The notes beneath the pieces were generated by a model. The model was not told the origin of the DNA. It saw nothing but the letters and a program-made list of their open reading frames with translations, and ran no database searches. The translations under genes and the position numbers were made by a program. From NCBI GenBank assembly GCA_964016885.1, contig OZ024742.1:44082001-44146000 (forward strand): a DNA stretch of 64,000 nt. The letters run 5' to 3'. Source of the stretch: Eledone cirrhosa. Taxonomy: Eukaryota. Below, in pieces: positions 26,001-39,845 of this stretch (within the stretch, counting starts at the first letter, position 1; each line of letters opens with the position of its first letter).

Positions 26001-29000
26001 GTGATTGGTTGATGTGACACTCATGTGTGTATGTGGAAGTCACTGTGATTGGTTGATGTGACACTCGTGTGTGTATGTGGAAGTCACTGTGATTGGTTGA
26101 TGTGACACTGTCATGTTTGTATGTGGAAGTCACTGTGATTGGTTGATGTGACACTGTCATGTGTGTATGTGGAAGTCACTGTGATTGGTTGATGTGACAC
26201 TCGTGTGTGTATGTGGAAGTCACTGTGATTGGTTGATGTGCCACTGTCATGTGTGTATGTGAAAGTCACTGTGATTGGTTGATGTGACACTGTCATGTGT
26301 GTATGTGGAAGTCACTGTGATTGGTTGATGTGACACTGTCATGTTTGTATGTGGAAGTCACTGTGATTGGTTGATGTGACACTGTCATGTGTGTATGTGG
26401 AAGTCACTGTGATTGGTTGATGTGACACTGTCATGTGTGTATGTGGAAGTCACTGTGATTGGTTGATGTGACACTGTCATGTTTGTATGTGGAAGTCACT
26501 GTGATTGGTTGATGTGACACTCATGTGTGTATGTGGAAGTCACTGTGATTGGTTGATGTGACACTGTCATGTGTGTATGTGGAAGTCACTATGATTGGTT
26601 GATGTGACACTGTCATGTGTGTATGTGGAAGTCACTGTGATTGGTTGATGTGACACTGTCATGTGTGTATGTGGAAGTCACTGTGATTGGTTGATGTGAC
26701 ACTGTCATGTTTGTATGTGGAAGTCACTGTGATTGGTTGATGTGACACTCATGTGTGTATGTGAAGTCACTGTGATTGGTTGATGTGACACTCATGTGTA
26801 TGTGGAAGTCACTGTGATTGGTTGATGTGACACTGTCATGTGTGTATGTGGAAGTCACTGTGATTGGTTGATGTGACACTCATGTGTGTATGTGGAAGTC
26901 ACTGTGATTGGTTGATGTGACACTATCATGTGTGTATGTGAAAGTCACTGTGATTGGTTGATGTGACACTGTCATGTGTGTATGTGGAAGTCACTGTGAT
27001 TGGTTGATGTGACACTGTCATGTGTGTATGTGGAAGTCACTGTGATTGGTTGATGTGACACTGTCATGTGTGTATGTGAAAATCACTGTGATTGGTTGAT
27101 GTGACGCTGTCATGTGTGTATGTGGAAGTCACTGTGATTGGTTGATGTGACACTCATGTGTGTATGTGGAAGTCACTGTGATTGGTTGATGTGACACTGT
27201 CATGTGTGTATTTGGAAGTCACTGTGATTGGTTGATGTGACACTCATGTGTGTATGTGGAAGTCACTGTGATTGGTTGATGTGACACTCATGTGTGTATG
27301 TGGAAGTCACTGTGATTGGTTGATGTGACACTATCATGTGTGTATGTGAAAGTCACTGTGATTGGTTGATGTGACACTGTCATGTGTGTATGTGGAAGTC
27401 ACTGTGATTGGTTGATGTGACACTGTCATGTGTGTATGTGAAAATCACTGTGATTGGTTGATGTGACGCTGTCATGTGTGTATGTGGAAGTCACTGTGAT
27501 TGGTTGATGTGACACTGTCATGTTTGTATGTGGAAGTCACTGTGATTGGTTGATGTGCCACTGTCATGTGTGTATGTGGAAGTCACTGTGATTGGTTGAT
27601 GTGACACTGTCATGTGTGTATGTGGAAGTCACTGTGATTGGTTGATGTGACACTCATGTGTGTATGTGGAAGTCACTGTGATTGGTTGATGTGACACTGT
27701 CATGTGTGTATGTGGAAGTCACTGTGATTGGTTGATGTGACACTGTCATGTGTGTATGTGGAAGTCACTGTGATTGGTTGATGTGACACTGTCATGTGTG
27801 TATGTGGAAGTCACTGTGATTGGTTGATGTGACACTCGTGTGTGTATGTGGAAGTCACTGTGATTGGTTGATGTGCCACTGTCATGTGTGTATGTGGAAG
27901 TCACTGTGATTGGTTGATGTGACACTGTCATGTGTGTATGTGAAAGTCACTGTGATTGGTTGATGTGACACTGTCATGTGTGTATGTGGAAGTCACTGTG
28001 ATTGGTTGATGTGACACTCATGTGTGTATGTGGAAGTCACTGTGATTGGTTGATGTGACACTGTCATGTTTGTATGTGGAAGTCACTGTGATTGGTTGAT
28101 GTGACACTCATGTGTGTATGTGGAAGTCACTGTGATTGGTTGATGTGACACTGTCATGTGTGTATGTGGAAGTCACTGTGATTGGTTGATGTGACACTGT
28201 CATGTGTGTATGTGGAAGTCACTGTGATTGGTTGATGTGACACTCATGTGTGTATGTGGAAGTCACTGTGATTGGTTGATGTGACACTATCATGTGTGTA
28301 TGTGAAAGTCACTGTGATTGGTTGATGTGACGCTGTCATGTGTGTATGTGAAAATCACTGTGATTGGTTGATGTGACGCTGTCATGTGTGTATGTGGAAG
28401 TCACTGTGATTGGTTGATGTGACACTGTCATGTGTGTATGTTGAAGTCACTGTGATTGGTTGATGTGACACTGTCATGTGTGTATGTGGAAGTCACTGTG
28501 ATTGGTTGATGTGCCACTGTCATGTGTGTATGTGGAAGTCACTGTGATTGGTTGATGTGACACTGTCATGTTTGTATGTGGAAGTCACTGTGATTGGTTG
28601 ATGTGCCACTGTCATGTGTGTATGTGGAAGTCACTGTGATTGGTTGATGTGACACTGTCATGTTTGTATGTGGAAGTCACTGTGATTGGTTGATGTGACA
28701 CTCATGTGTGTATGTGGAAGTCACTGTGATTGGTTGATGTGACACTGTCATGTGTGTATGTGGAAGTCACTGTGATTGGTTGATGTGACACTGTCATGTG
28801 TGTATGTGGAAGTCACTGTGATTGGTTGATGTGACACTGTCATGTGTGTATGTGGAAGTCACTGTGATTGGTTGATGTGACACTCATGTGTGTATGTGGA
28901 AGTCACTGTGATTGGTTGATGTGACACTCATGTGTGTATGTGGAAGTCACTGTGATTGGTTGATGTGACACTATCATGTGTGTATGTGAAAGTCACTGTG

Positions 29001-32000
29001 ATTGGTTGATGTGACACTGTCATGTGTGTATGTGAAAATCACTGTGATTGGTTGATGTGACACTCATGTGTGTATGTGGAAGTCACTGTGATTGGTTGAT
29101 GTGACGCTGTCATGTTTGTATGTGGAAGTCACTGTGATTGGTTGATGTGACACTGTCATGTTTGTATGTGGAAGTCACTGTGATTGGTTGATGTGCCACT
29201 GTCATGTGTGTATGTGAAAGTTACTGTGATTGGTTGATGTGACACTGTCATGTGTGTATGTGGAAGTCACTGTGATTGGTTGATGTGACACTGTCATGTT
29301 TGTATGTGGAAGTCACTGTGATTGGTTGATGTGACACTCATGTGTGTATGTGGAAGTCACTGTGATTGGTTGATGTGACACTGTCATGTGTGTATGTGGA
29401 AGTCACTGTGATTGGTTGATGTGACACTCATGTGTGTATGTGGAAGTCACTGTGATTGGTTGATGTGACACTGTCATGTTTGTATGTGGAAGTCACTGTG
29501 ATTGGTTGATGTGACACTCATGTGTGTATGTGGAAGTCACTGTGATTGGTTGATGTGACACTGTCATGTGTGTATGTGGAAGTCACTGTGATTGGTTGAT
29601 GTGCCACTGTCATGCGTGTATGTGAAAGTCACTGTGATTGGTTGATGTGACACTGTCATGTGTGTATGTGGAAGTCATTGTGATTGGTTGATGTGACACT
29701 GTCATGTGTGTATGTGAAAGTCACTGTGATTGGTTGATGTGACACTGTCATGTGTGTATGTGAAAGTCACTGTGATTGGTTGATGTGACACTGTCATGTG
29801 TGTATGTGGAAGTCACTGTGATTGGTTGATGTGACACTGTCATGTTTGTATGTGGAAGTCACTGATTGGTTGATGTGACACTGTCATGTGTGTATGTGGA
29901 AGTCATTGTGATTGGTTGATGTGCCACTGTCATGTGTGTATGTGAAAGTCACTGTGATTGGTTGATGTGACACTGTCATGTGTGTATGTGGAAGTCACTG
30001 TGATTGGTTGATGTGACACTGTCATGTGTGTATGTGAAAGTCACTGTGATTGGTTGATGTGACACTGTCATGTGTGTATGTGGAAGTCACTGTGATTGGT
30101 TGATGTGACACTCATGTGTGTATGTGGAAGTCACTGTGATTGGTTGATGTGACACTCATGTGTGTATGTGGAAGTCACTGTGATTGGTTGATGTGACACT
30201 ATCATGTGTGTATGTGAAAGTCACTGTGATTGGTTGATGTGACACTGTCATGTGTGTATGTGAAAATCACTGTGATTGGTTGATGTGACACTCATGTGTG
30301 TATGTGGAAGTCACTGTGATTGGTTGATGTGACGCTGTCATGTTTGTATGTGGAAGTCACTGTGATTGGTTGATGTGACACTGTCATGTTTGTATGTGGA
30401 AGTCACTGTGATTGGTTGATGTGCCACTGTCATGTGTGTATGTGAAAGTTACTGTGATTGGTTGATGTGACACTGTCATGTGTGTATGTGGAAGTCACTG
30501 TGATTGGTTGATGTGACACTGTCATGTTTGTATGTGGAAGTCACTGTGATTGGTTGATGTGACACTCATGTGTGTATGAGGAAGTCACTGTGATTGGTTG
30601 ATGTGACACTGTCATGTGTGTATGTGGAAGTCACTGTGATTGGTTGATGTGACACTCATGTGTGTATGTGGAAGTCACTGTGATTGGTTGATGTGACACT
30701 GTCATGTTTGTATGTGGAAGTCACTGTGATTGGTTGATGTGACACTCATGTGTGTATGTGGAAGTCACTGTGATTGGTTGATGTGACACTGTCATGTGTG
30801 TATGTGGAAGTCACTGTGATTGGTTGATGTGCCACTGTCATGTGTGTATGTGAAAGTCACTGTGATTGGTTGATGTGACACTGTCATGTGTGTATGTGGA
30901 AGTCATTGTGATTGGTTGATGTGACACTGTCATGTGTGTATGTGAAAGTCACTGTGATTGGTTGATGTGACACTGTCATGTGTGTATGTGAAAGTCACTG
31001 TGATTGGTTGATGTGACACTGTCATGTGTGTATGTGGAAGTCACTGTGATTGGTTGATGTGACACTGTCATGTGTATGTGGAAGTCACTGTGATTGGTTG
31101 ATGTGACACTGTCATGTTTGTATGTGGAAGTCACTGATTGGTTGATGTGACACTGTCATGTGTGTATGTGGAAGTCATTGTGATTGGTTGATGTGCCACT
31201 GTCATGTGTGTATGTGAAAGTCACTGTGATTGGTTGATGTGACACTGTCATGTGTGTATGTGGAAGTCACTGTGATTGGTTGATGTGACACTGTCATGTG
31301 TGTATGTGAAAGTCACTGTGATTGGTTGATGTGACACTCATGTGTGTATGTGGAAGTCACTGTGATTGGTTGATGTGACACTGTCATGTGTGTATGTGGA
31401 AGTCACTGTGATTGGTTGATGTGCCACTGTCATGTGTGTATGTGGAAGTCTCTGTGATTGGTTGATCTGACACTGTCATGTGTGTATGTGGAAGTCACTG
31501 ATTGGTTGATGTGACACTCATGTGTGTATGTGGAAGTCACTGTGATTGGTTGATGTGACACTGTCATGTGTGTATGTGGAAGTCACTGTGATTGGTTGAT
31601 GTGACACTGTCATGTGTGTATGTGGAAGTCACTGTGATTGGTTGATGTGACACTGTCATGTGTGCATGTGGAAGTCACTGTGATTGGTTGATGTGACACT
31701 GTCATGTGTGTATGTGGAAGTCACTGTGATTGGTTGATGTGACACTGTCATGTGTGTATGTGGAAGTCACTGTGATTGGTTGATGTGCCACTGTCATGTG
31801 TGTATGTGGAAGTCACTGTGATTGGTTGATGTGACACTGTCATGTGTGTATGTGGAAGTCACTGTGATTGGTTGATGTGACACTGTCATGTGTGTATGTG
31901 GAAGTCACTGTGATTGGTTGATGTGACACTGTCATGTTTGTATGTGGAAGTCACTGTGATTGGTTGATGTGACACTCATGTGTGTATGTGGAAGTCACTG

Positions 32001-35000
32001 ATTGGTTGATGTGACACTCATGTGTGTATGTGGAAGTCACTGTGATTGGTTGATGTGACACTCATGTGTGTATGTGGAAGTCACTGTGATTGGTTGATGT
32101 GACACTGTCATGTGTGTATGTGGAAGTCACTGTGATTGGTTGATGTGACACTGTCATGTGTATGTGGAAGTCACTGTGATTGGTTGATGTGACACTGTCA
32201 TGTGTGTATGTGGAAGTCACTGTGATTGGTTGATGTGACACTGTCATGTGTGTATGTGGAAGTCACTGTGATTGGTTGATGTGACACTGTCATGTGTGTA
32301 TGTGGAAGTCACTGTGATTGGTTGATGTGACACTGTCATGTGTGTATGTGGAAGTCACTGTGATTGGTTGATGTGACACTGTCATGTTTGTATGTGGAAG
32401 TCACTGTGATTGGTTGATGTGACACTGTCATGTGTGTATGTGGAAGTCACTGTGATTGGTTGATGTGACACTGTCATGTTTGTATGTGGAAGTCACTGTG
32501 ATTGGTTGATGTGACACTGTCATGTGTGTATGTGGAAGTCACTGTGATTGGTTGATGTGACACTGTCATGTGTGTATGTGGAAGTCACTGTGATTGGTTG
32601 ATGTGACACTGTCATGTGTGTATGTGGAAGTCACTGTGATTGGTTGATGTGACACTGTCATGTTTGTATGTGGAAGTCACTGTGATTGGTTGATGTGACA
32701 CTGTCATGTGTGTATGTGGAAGTCACTGTGATTGGTTGATGTGACACTGTCATGTGTGTATGTGGAAGTCACTGTGATTGGTTGATGTGACACTGTCATG
32801 TGTGTATGTGGAAGTCACTGTGATTGGTTGATGTGACACTGTCATGTGTGTATGTGGAAGTCACTGTGATTGGTTGATGTGACACTGTCATGTTTGTATG
32901 TGGAAGTCACTGTGATTGGTTGATGTGACACTGTCATGTGTGTATGTGGAAGTCACTGTGATTGGTTGATGTGACACTGTCATGTTTGTATGTGGAAGTC
33001 ACTGTGATTGGTTGATGTGACACTGTCATGTGTGTATGTGGAAGTCACTGTGATTGGTTGATGTGACACTGTCATGTGTGTATGTGGAAGTCACTGTGAT
33101 TGGTTGATGTGACACTCATGTGTGTATGTGGAAGTCACTGATTGGTTGATGTGACACTCATGTGTGTATGTGGAAGTCACTGTGATTGGTTGATGTGACA
33201 CTGTCATGTTTGTATGTGGAAGTCACTGTGATTGGTTGATGTGACACTGTCATGTGTGTATGTGGAAGTCACTGTGATTGGTTGATGTGACACTGTCATG
33301 TGTGTATGTGGAAGTCACTGTGATTGGTTGATGTGACACTGTCATGTGTATGTGGAAGTCACTGTGATTGGTTGATGTGACACTGTCATGTTTGTATGTG
33401 GAAGTCATTGTGATTGGTTGATGTGACACTGTCATGTGTGTATGTGGAAGTCACTGTGATTGGTTGATGTGACACTGTCATGTGTGTATGTGGAAGTCAC
33501 TGTGATTGGTTGATGTGACACTGTCATGTGTATGTGGAAGTCACTGTGATTGGTTGATGTGACACTGTCATGTTTGTATGTGGAAGTCACTGTGATTGGT
33601 TGATGTGACACTGTCATGTGTGTATGTGGAAGTCACTGTGATTGGTTGATGTGACACTGTCATGTGTGTATGTGGAAGTCACTGTGATTGGTTGATGTGA
33701 CACTGTCATGTGTATGTGGAAGTCACTGTGATTGGTTGATGTGACACTGTCATGTGTGTATGTGGAAGTCACTGTGATTGGTTGATGTGACACTGTCATG
33801 TTTGTATGTGGAAGTCACTGTGATTGGTTGATGTGACACTGTCATGTGTGTATGTGGAAGTCACTGTGATTGGTTGATGTGACACTGTCATGTTTTTATG
33901 TGGAAGTCACTGTGATTGGTTGATGTGACACTGTCATGTGTGTATGTGGAAGTCACTGTGATTGGTTGATGTGACACTGTCATGTGTGTATGTGGAAGTC
34001 ACTGTGATTGGTTGATGTGACACTGTCATGTGTGTATGTGGAAGTCACTGTGATTGGTTGATGTGCCACTGTCATGTGTGTATGTGGAAGTCACTGTGAT
34101 TGGTTGATGTGACACTGTCATGTGTGTATGTGGAAGTCACTGTGATTGGTTGATGTGACACTGTCATGTGTGTATGTGGAAGTCACTGTGATTGGTTGAT
34201 GTGACACTGTCATGTGTGTATGTGAAAGTCACTGTGATTGGTTGATGTGACACTGTCATGTTTGTATGTGGAAGTCACTGTGATTGGTTGATGTGACACT
34301 GTCATGTTTGTATGTGGAAGTCATTGTGATTGGTTGATGTGACACTGTCATGTGTGTATGTGGAAGTCACTGTGATTGGTTGATGTGACACTGTCATGTG
34401 TGTATGTGGAAGTCACTGTGATTGGTTGATGTGACACTGTCATGTGTATGTGGAAGTCACTGTGATTGGTTGATGTGACACTGTCATGTTTGTATGTGGA
34501 AGTCACTGTGATTGGTTGATGTGACACTGTCATGTGTGTATGTGGAAGTCACTGTGATTGGTTGATGTGACACTGTCATGTGTGTATGTGGAAGTCACTG
34601 TGATTGGTTGATGTGACACTGTCATGTGTATGTGGAAGTCACTGTGATTGGTTGATGTGACACTGTCATGTGTGTATGTGGAAGTCACTGTGATTGGTTG
34701 ATGTGACACTGTCATGTTTGTATGTGGAAGTCACTGTGATTGGTTGATGTGACACTGTCATGTGTGTATGTGGAAGTCACTGTGATTGGTTGATGTGACA
34801 CTGTCATGTTTTTATGTGGAAGTCACTGTGATTGGTTGATGTGACACTGTCATGTGTGTATGTGGAAGTCACTGTGATTGGTTGATGTGACACTGTCATG
34901 TGTGTATGTGGAAGTCACTGTGATTGGTTGATGTGACACTGTCATGTGTGTATGTGGAAGTCACTGTGATTGGTTGATGTGCCACTGTCATGTGTGTATG

Positions 35001-36640
35001 TGGAAGTCACTGTGATTGGTTGATGTGACACTGTCATGTGTGTATGTGGAAGTCACTGTGATTGGTTGATGTGACACTGTCATGTGTGTATGTGGAAGTC
35101 ACTGTGATTGGTTGATGTGACACTGTCATGTGTGTATGTGAAAGTCACTGTGATTGGTTGATGTGACACTGTCATGTTTGTATGTGGAAGTCACTGTGAT
35201 TGGTTGATGTGACACTGTCATGTGTGTATGTGGAAGTCACTGATTGGTTGATGTGACACTGTCATGTGTGTATGTGGAAGTCACTGTGATTGGTTGATGT
35301 GACACTGTCATGTGTGTATGTGGAAGTCACTGATTGGTTGATGTGACACTCATGTGTGTATGTGGAAGTCACTGTGATTGGTTGATGTGACACTGTCATG
35401 TTTGTATGTGGAAGTCACTGTGATTGGTTGATGTGACACTGTCATGTTTGTATGTGGAAGTCACTGATTGGTTGATGTGCCACTGTCATGTGTGTATGTG
35501 GAAGTCACTGATTGGTTGATGTGCCACTGTCATGTGTGTATGTGGAAGTCACTGATTGGTTGATGTGCCACTGTCATGTGTGTATGTGGAAGTCACTGTG
35601 ATTGGTTGATCTGACACTGTCATGTGTGTATGTGGAAGTCACTGTGATTGGTTGACGTGACACTGTCATGTTTGTATGTGGAAGTCACTGTGATTGGTTG
35701 ATGTGACACTGTCATGTGTGTATGTGGAAGTCACTGTGATTGGTTGATGTGACACTATCATGTGTGTATGTGGAAGTCACTGTGATTGGTTGATGTGACA
35801 CTGTCATGTTTGTATGTGGAAGTCACTGTGATTGGTTGATGTGACACTGTCATGTGTGTATGTGGAAGTCACTGTGATTGGTTGATGTGACACTGTCATG
35901 TGTGTATGTGGAAGTCACTGTGATTGGTTGACGTGACACTGTGATGTTTGTATGTGGAAGTCTCTGTGATTGGTTGACGTGACACTGTGATGTTTGTATG
36001 TGGAAGTCACTGTGATTGGTTGACGTGACACTGTCATGTGTGTATGTGGAAGTCACTGTGATTGGTTGATGTGACACTGTCATGTGTGTATGTGGAAGTC
36101 ACTGTGATTGGTTGACGTGACACTGTCATGTTTGTATGTGGAAGTCACTGTGATTGGTTGATGTGACACTGTCATGTGTGTATGTGGAAGTCTCTGTGAT
36201 TGGTTGATGTGCCACTGTCATGTGTGTATGTGGAAGTCTCTGTGATTGGTTGATGTGACACTGTGATGTTTGTATGTGGAAGTCTCTGTGATTGGTTGAC
36301 GTGACACTGTGATGTTTGTATGTGGAAGTCTCTGTGATTGGTTGACGTGACACTGTGATGTTTGTATGTGGAAGTCTCTGTGATTGGTTGACGTGACACT
36401 GTGATGTTTGTATGTGGAAGTCTCTGTGATTGGTTGATGTGACACTCATGTGTGTATGTGGAAGTCGCTGTGATTGGTTGATGTGACACTGTGATGTTTG
36501 TATGTGAAAGTCGCTGTGATTGGTTGATGTGACACTGTCATGTGTGTATGTGGAAGTCTCTGTGAGGTTGATGTGACACTGTCATGTTTGTATGTGGAAG
36601 TCGCTGTGATTGGTTGATGTGACACTCATGTGTGTATGTG
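14010..36640 (+). repeat. 46-bp minisatellite array, ~22.5 kb, roughly 490 units
   Basis: Consensus GTCATGTGTGTATGTGGAAGTCACTGTGATTGGTTGATGTGACACT, with frequent 44-bp variants from 2-nt deletions. Degenerate precursor units run from ~13790 to 14200. Confidence 0.99.
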
Positions 36641-36659
36641 TGTGCATAGACATCAAATT

Positions 36660-37450
36660 GGAAGGTGTTTGGAGCATATGGTAATATGCTTTGCATTATT
36701 TGTTTTGTTTATCTGAGTTCTTAAATGAAATCCTGCTCAACTCAACTATACCTTTTATCCTTTCAAGGTCAATAAAAGTACTAATCGAGGATAGTGTATT
36801 GGTTAAATTGTTCCTGTCAGATGAGATGCTTTGTAATATTTTTTCAATGCTTCGCATTCTGAGTTCAAATCTCACTGTGGTTAACTTTGCCTTTAATCCT
36901 TTTGAAATCAATAAAACATAGTACTAGTCAAGTACTGAGGTCAATTAGAAACCATTATTTAGAGCAGGCAGTATCGGTAGAGAGTCAGACGCCATGCTTT
37001 GGCGCAAAGAGTTACGGTCCTTTCCATTCTGAGTTCAAATCCCACCGAAGTTAACTTTGCCTTTCATCCTTACGGTGTCGATAAAATAAAGTACCAGTAA
37101 TACACTGGATAATTGCTGGCCTTGTGCCAAAAGTAGAAACAATTATTTAGAGCGGTGGATTAGCATTAGAAATCATTATTTTACGGGGTCGATAAAATAA
37201 AGTACCAGTAATGTACTGGGTAGTTGCTGACCTTGTGCCTAAAGTAGAAACAATTATTTAAGGCAGTGGAATGGCAGTATCGGGAGAGGGTCGGACGCCA
37301 TGCTTTGCAGCATAGTTACAGCCTTTTATGGTCTGATTTCAATCTGCCAAGGTTAACTTTGCCTTTCATCCTTACAGGGTCAATAAAATAAAGTACCAGT
37401 AATACACTGGGAAAATTGCTGGCCTTGTGCCAAAAGTAGAAACCATTATT
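36660..37450 (+). mobile_element. Head-to-tail chain of ~5 SINE family B copies/fragments
   Basis: Repeated CTGAGTTCAAAT...AACTTTGCCTTTCATCCTTAC.G.GTC.ATAAAATAAAGTACCAGTAAT...GGCCTTGTGCCAAAAGTAGAAAC.ATTATTT. Confidence 0.85.
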
Positions 37451-38457
37451 TAGAGCGGTGGATTAGCATTAGAAACCATTATTTAGAGTGGTGGATTAGC
37501 ATTAGAAACCATTATTTAGGGCGGGGGATTAGCATTAGAAACCATTATTTAGGGCGGGGGATTAGCATTAGAAACCATTATTTAGGGCGGGGGATTAGCA
37601 TTAGAAACCATTATTTAGGGCGGGGGATTAGCATTAGAAACCATTATTTAGGGCGGGGGATTAGCATTAGAAACCATTATTTAGGGCGGGGGATTAGCAT
37701 TAGAAACCATTATTTAGGGCGGGGGATTAGCATTAGAAACCATTATTTAGGGCGGGGGATTAGCATTAGAAACCATTATTTAGAGCGGGGGATTAGCATT
37801 AGAAACCATTATTTAGGGCGGGGGATTAGCATTAGAAACCATTATTTAGGGCGGGGGATTAGCATTAGAAACCATTATTTAGAGCGGTGGATTAGCATTA
37901 GAAACCATTATTTAGGGCGGGGGATTAGCATTAGAAACCATTATTTAGAGCGGTGGATTAGCATTAGAAATCATTATTTAGAGCGGTGCATTAGCATTAG
38001 AAACCATTATTTAGAGTGGTGGATTAGCATTAGAAACCATTATTTAGAGTGGTGGATTAGCATTAGAAACCATTATTTAGGGCGGGGGATTAGCATTAGA
38101 AACCATTATTTAGGGCGGTGGATTAGCATTAGAAACCATTATTTAGGGCGGGGGATTAGCATTAGAAACCATTATTTAGAGCGGTGGATTAGCATTAGAA
38201 ATCATTATTTAGAGCGGTGCATTAGCATTAGAAACCATTATTTAGGGCGGGGGATTAGCATTAGAAACCATTATTTAGAGTGTTGGATTAGCATTAGAAA
38301 CCATTATTTAGTGCGGTGGATTAGCATTAGAAATTATTTAGAGCGGTGGATTAACATTAGAAATGATTATTTAGGGCGGGGGATTAGCATTAGAAATCAT
38401 TATTTAGGGCGGGGGATTAGCATTAGAAATCATTATTTAGAGCGGTGTATTAGCATT
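37436..38457 (+). repeat. 33-bp satellite, block 1
   Basis: Unit ATTAGCATTAGAAACCATTATTTAGGGCGGGGG, about 31 copies. Confidence 0.98.
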
Positions 38458-39672
38458 CATCATCATCGTTTAACGTCCCTGTTCCACGCTTGCATGGGTT
38501 TGGATGGGGGTTTTCCCACTTGAGGCAAGAGTGGTTGTCTTGCTCGCATAGGACTGTCTGGCGGGTTTTCTACAGCTGGATGCCCTTCCTAACACCAACC
38601 ACATTTACAGTGTGGGACTGTGAGGTTTTTACCGGTCACATTACAGCGTGGACTGTGTGTTTTTTGTCGTGACACCTACACGATCTCGTTTGTTTCGGCC
38701 TGGATGTTGTGGCACCAACATCACTTTGCATTGAAGGGGGTGGTGTGGATGGGGTGGGACGGGGGTGTATTTTGTTAGAGATGCCTACTGACTAGTAGGT
38801 TTTACTTTGTATTTAGGTGAGGCTGGTCTTCTTTGTTACTGAGTACCGCCAAAGGTCTCGGTCCAGTGACATTGTCTTGGAGAGGTGTAAGTGTGTGAGG
38901 TCGGAATTTATCAGTTCGTCCCAGGTTTTCCTGGGTCTGCCTACTCCATGGCTACCATCTATCTTTATTGCTCTGCACTTTGTAATACAGCTATCGACTT
39001 TCATGCGCATCACGTGTCCTCTTATTTCTAATTTTTTCCTTAGTTCGTTTATGCTTTGCCGTTCACGTATATTACTATTACACATCCAGCGGAGCATGCA
39101 AGCTTCATTCCTCTCTAGTCTGCGTATATCCTCTGCACACAATGCCCAGGTCTCACTGCCATGCAACATTGCTGTTCGTATGCAGGCATCATACAACCTG
39201 CCTTTCATTTTTAGGGAGAACCCTTTAGCGGCTAATAGTGGTATAAGCTCTCTGAACTTTTTCCATCCAGTTCTGACTCTAGCTACTGTACTTTCAGAAC
39301 ACCCTCCCCCACTGCTGATTTTGTCACCCAGGTAATGGAAGCTGTCCACTATTTCCATAGAACCCTCTGCGCAATTGAAAGAGTTAGTGTTTTGTGGGCA
39401 CTTGCTGCTACTTATTGCACCAGAGCACCGGCCACATGTAAAATCTGTGTTCTTAGTTAGCTTACCTGTGATCCCACTACATCTTTTATGCACCCATACT
39501 TTGCATTTGGGACATAAAATGGAGTTTCTACCTACGCCTTTTCTACACACTGAGCATGGCCATTTCCCGGAGGGGACCGCCGCCTTATTTTCTTTCTTAC
39601 AAACTAGAACTTTAGTCTTAGCCAGGTTAATTTTAAGGCCTTTTGATTCTAGGCCGTGCTTCCATGTTTGGA
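38458..39672 (-). mobile_element. RTE LINE, 5'-truncated copy A (~1.2 kb)
   Basis: Homologous to 41600-43000. It has a (CAT)n tail on the + strand and an in-frame 42-bp deletion near 39018. Confidence 0.95.
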
Positions 39673-39845
39673 TTAGCATTAGAAACCATTGTTTAGAGCG
39701 GTGTATTAGCATTAGAAATCATTATTTAGAGCGGGGGATTAACATTAGAAATCATTATTTAGGGCAAAGGATTAGCATTAGAAATCATTATTTAGGGCGG
39801 TGTATTAACATTAGAATTTATTATTTAGAGCGGGGGATTAGCATT
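39673..39845 (+). repeat. 33-bp satellite, block 2
   Basis: About 5 units between RTE copies A and B. Confidence 0.95.

Noticed and set aside
14006-36489. Many short minus-strand ORFs (MTVSHQPITVTSTYTHD...) suggesting a repetitive protein
   Set aside because: They are translations of the 46/44-bp satellite. The unit length is not a multiple of 3 and stops recur regularly.
14010-36640. CRISPR-like array
   Set aside because: There are no unique spacers and no cas genes, and the context is a eukaryotic intron.
14230-36640. V(D)J RSS-like signal: CACAGTG + 12 bp + ACACATGAC on the minus strand
   Set aside because: The heptamer is perfect, but the nonamer matches ACAAAAACC at only 5/9. No RAG/Transib ORF or gene segments are present, so chance is likely.
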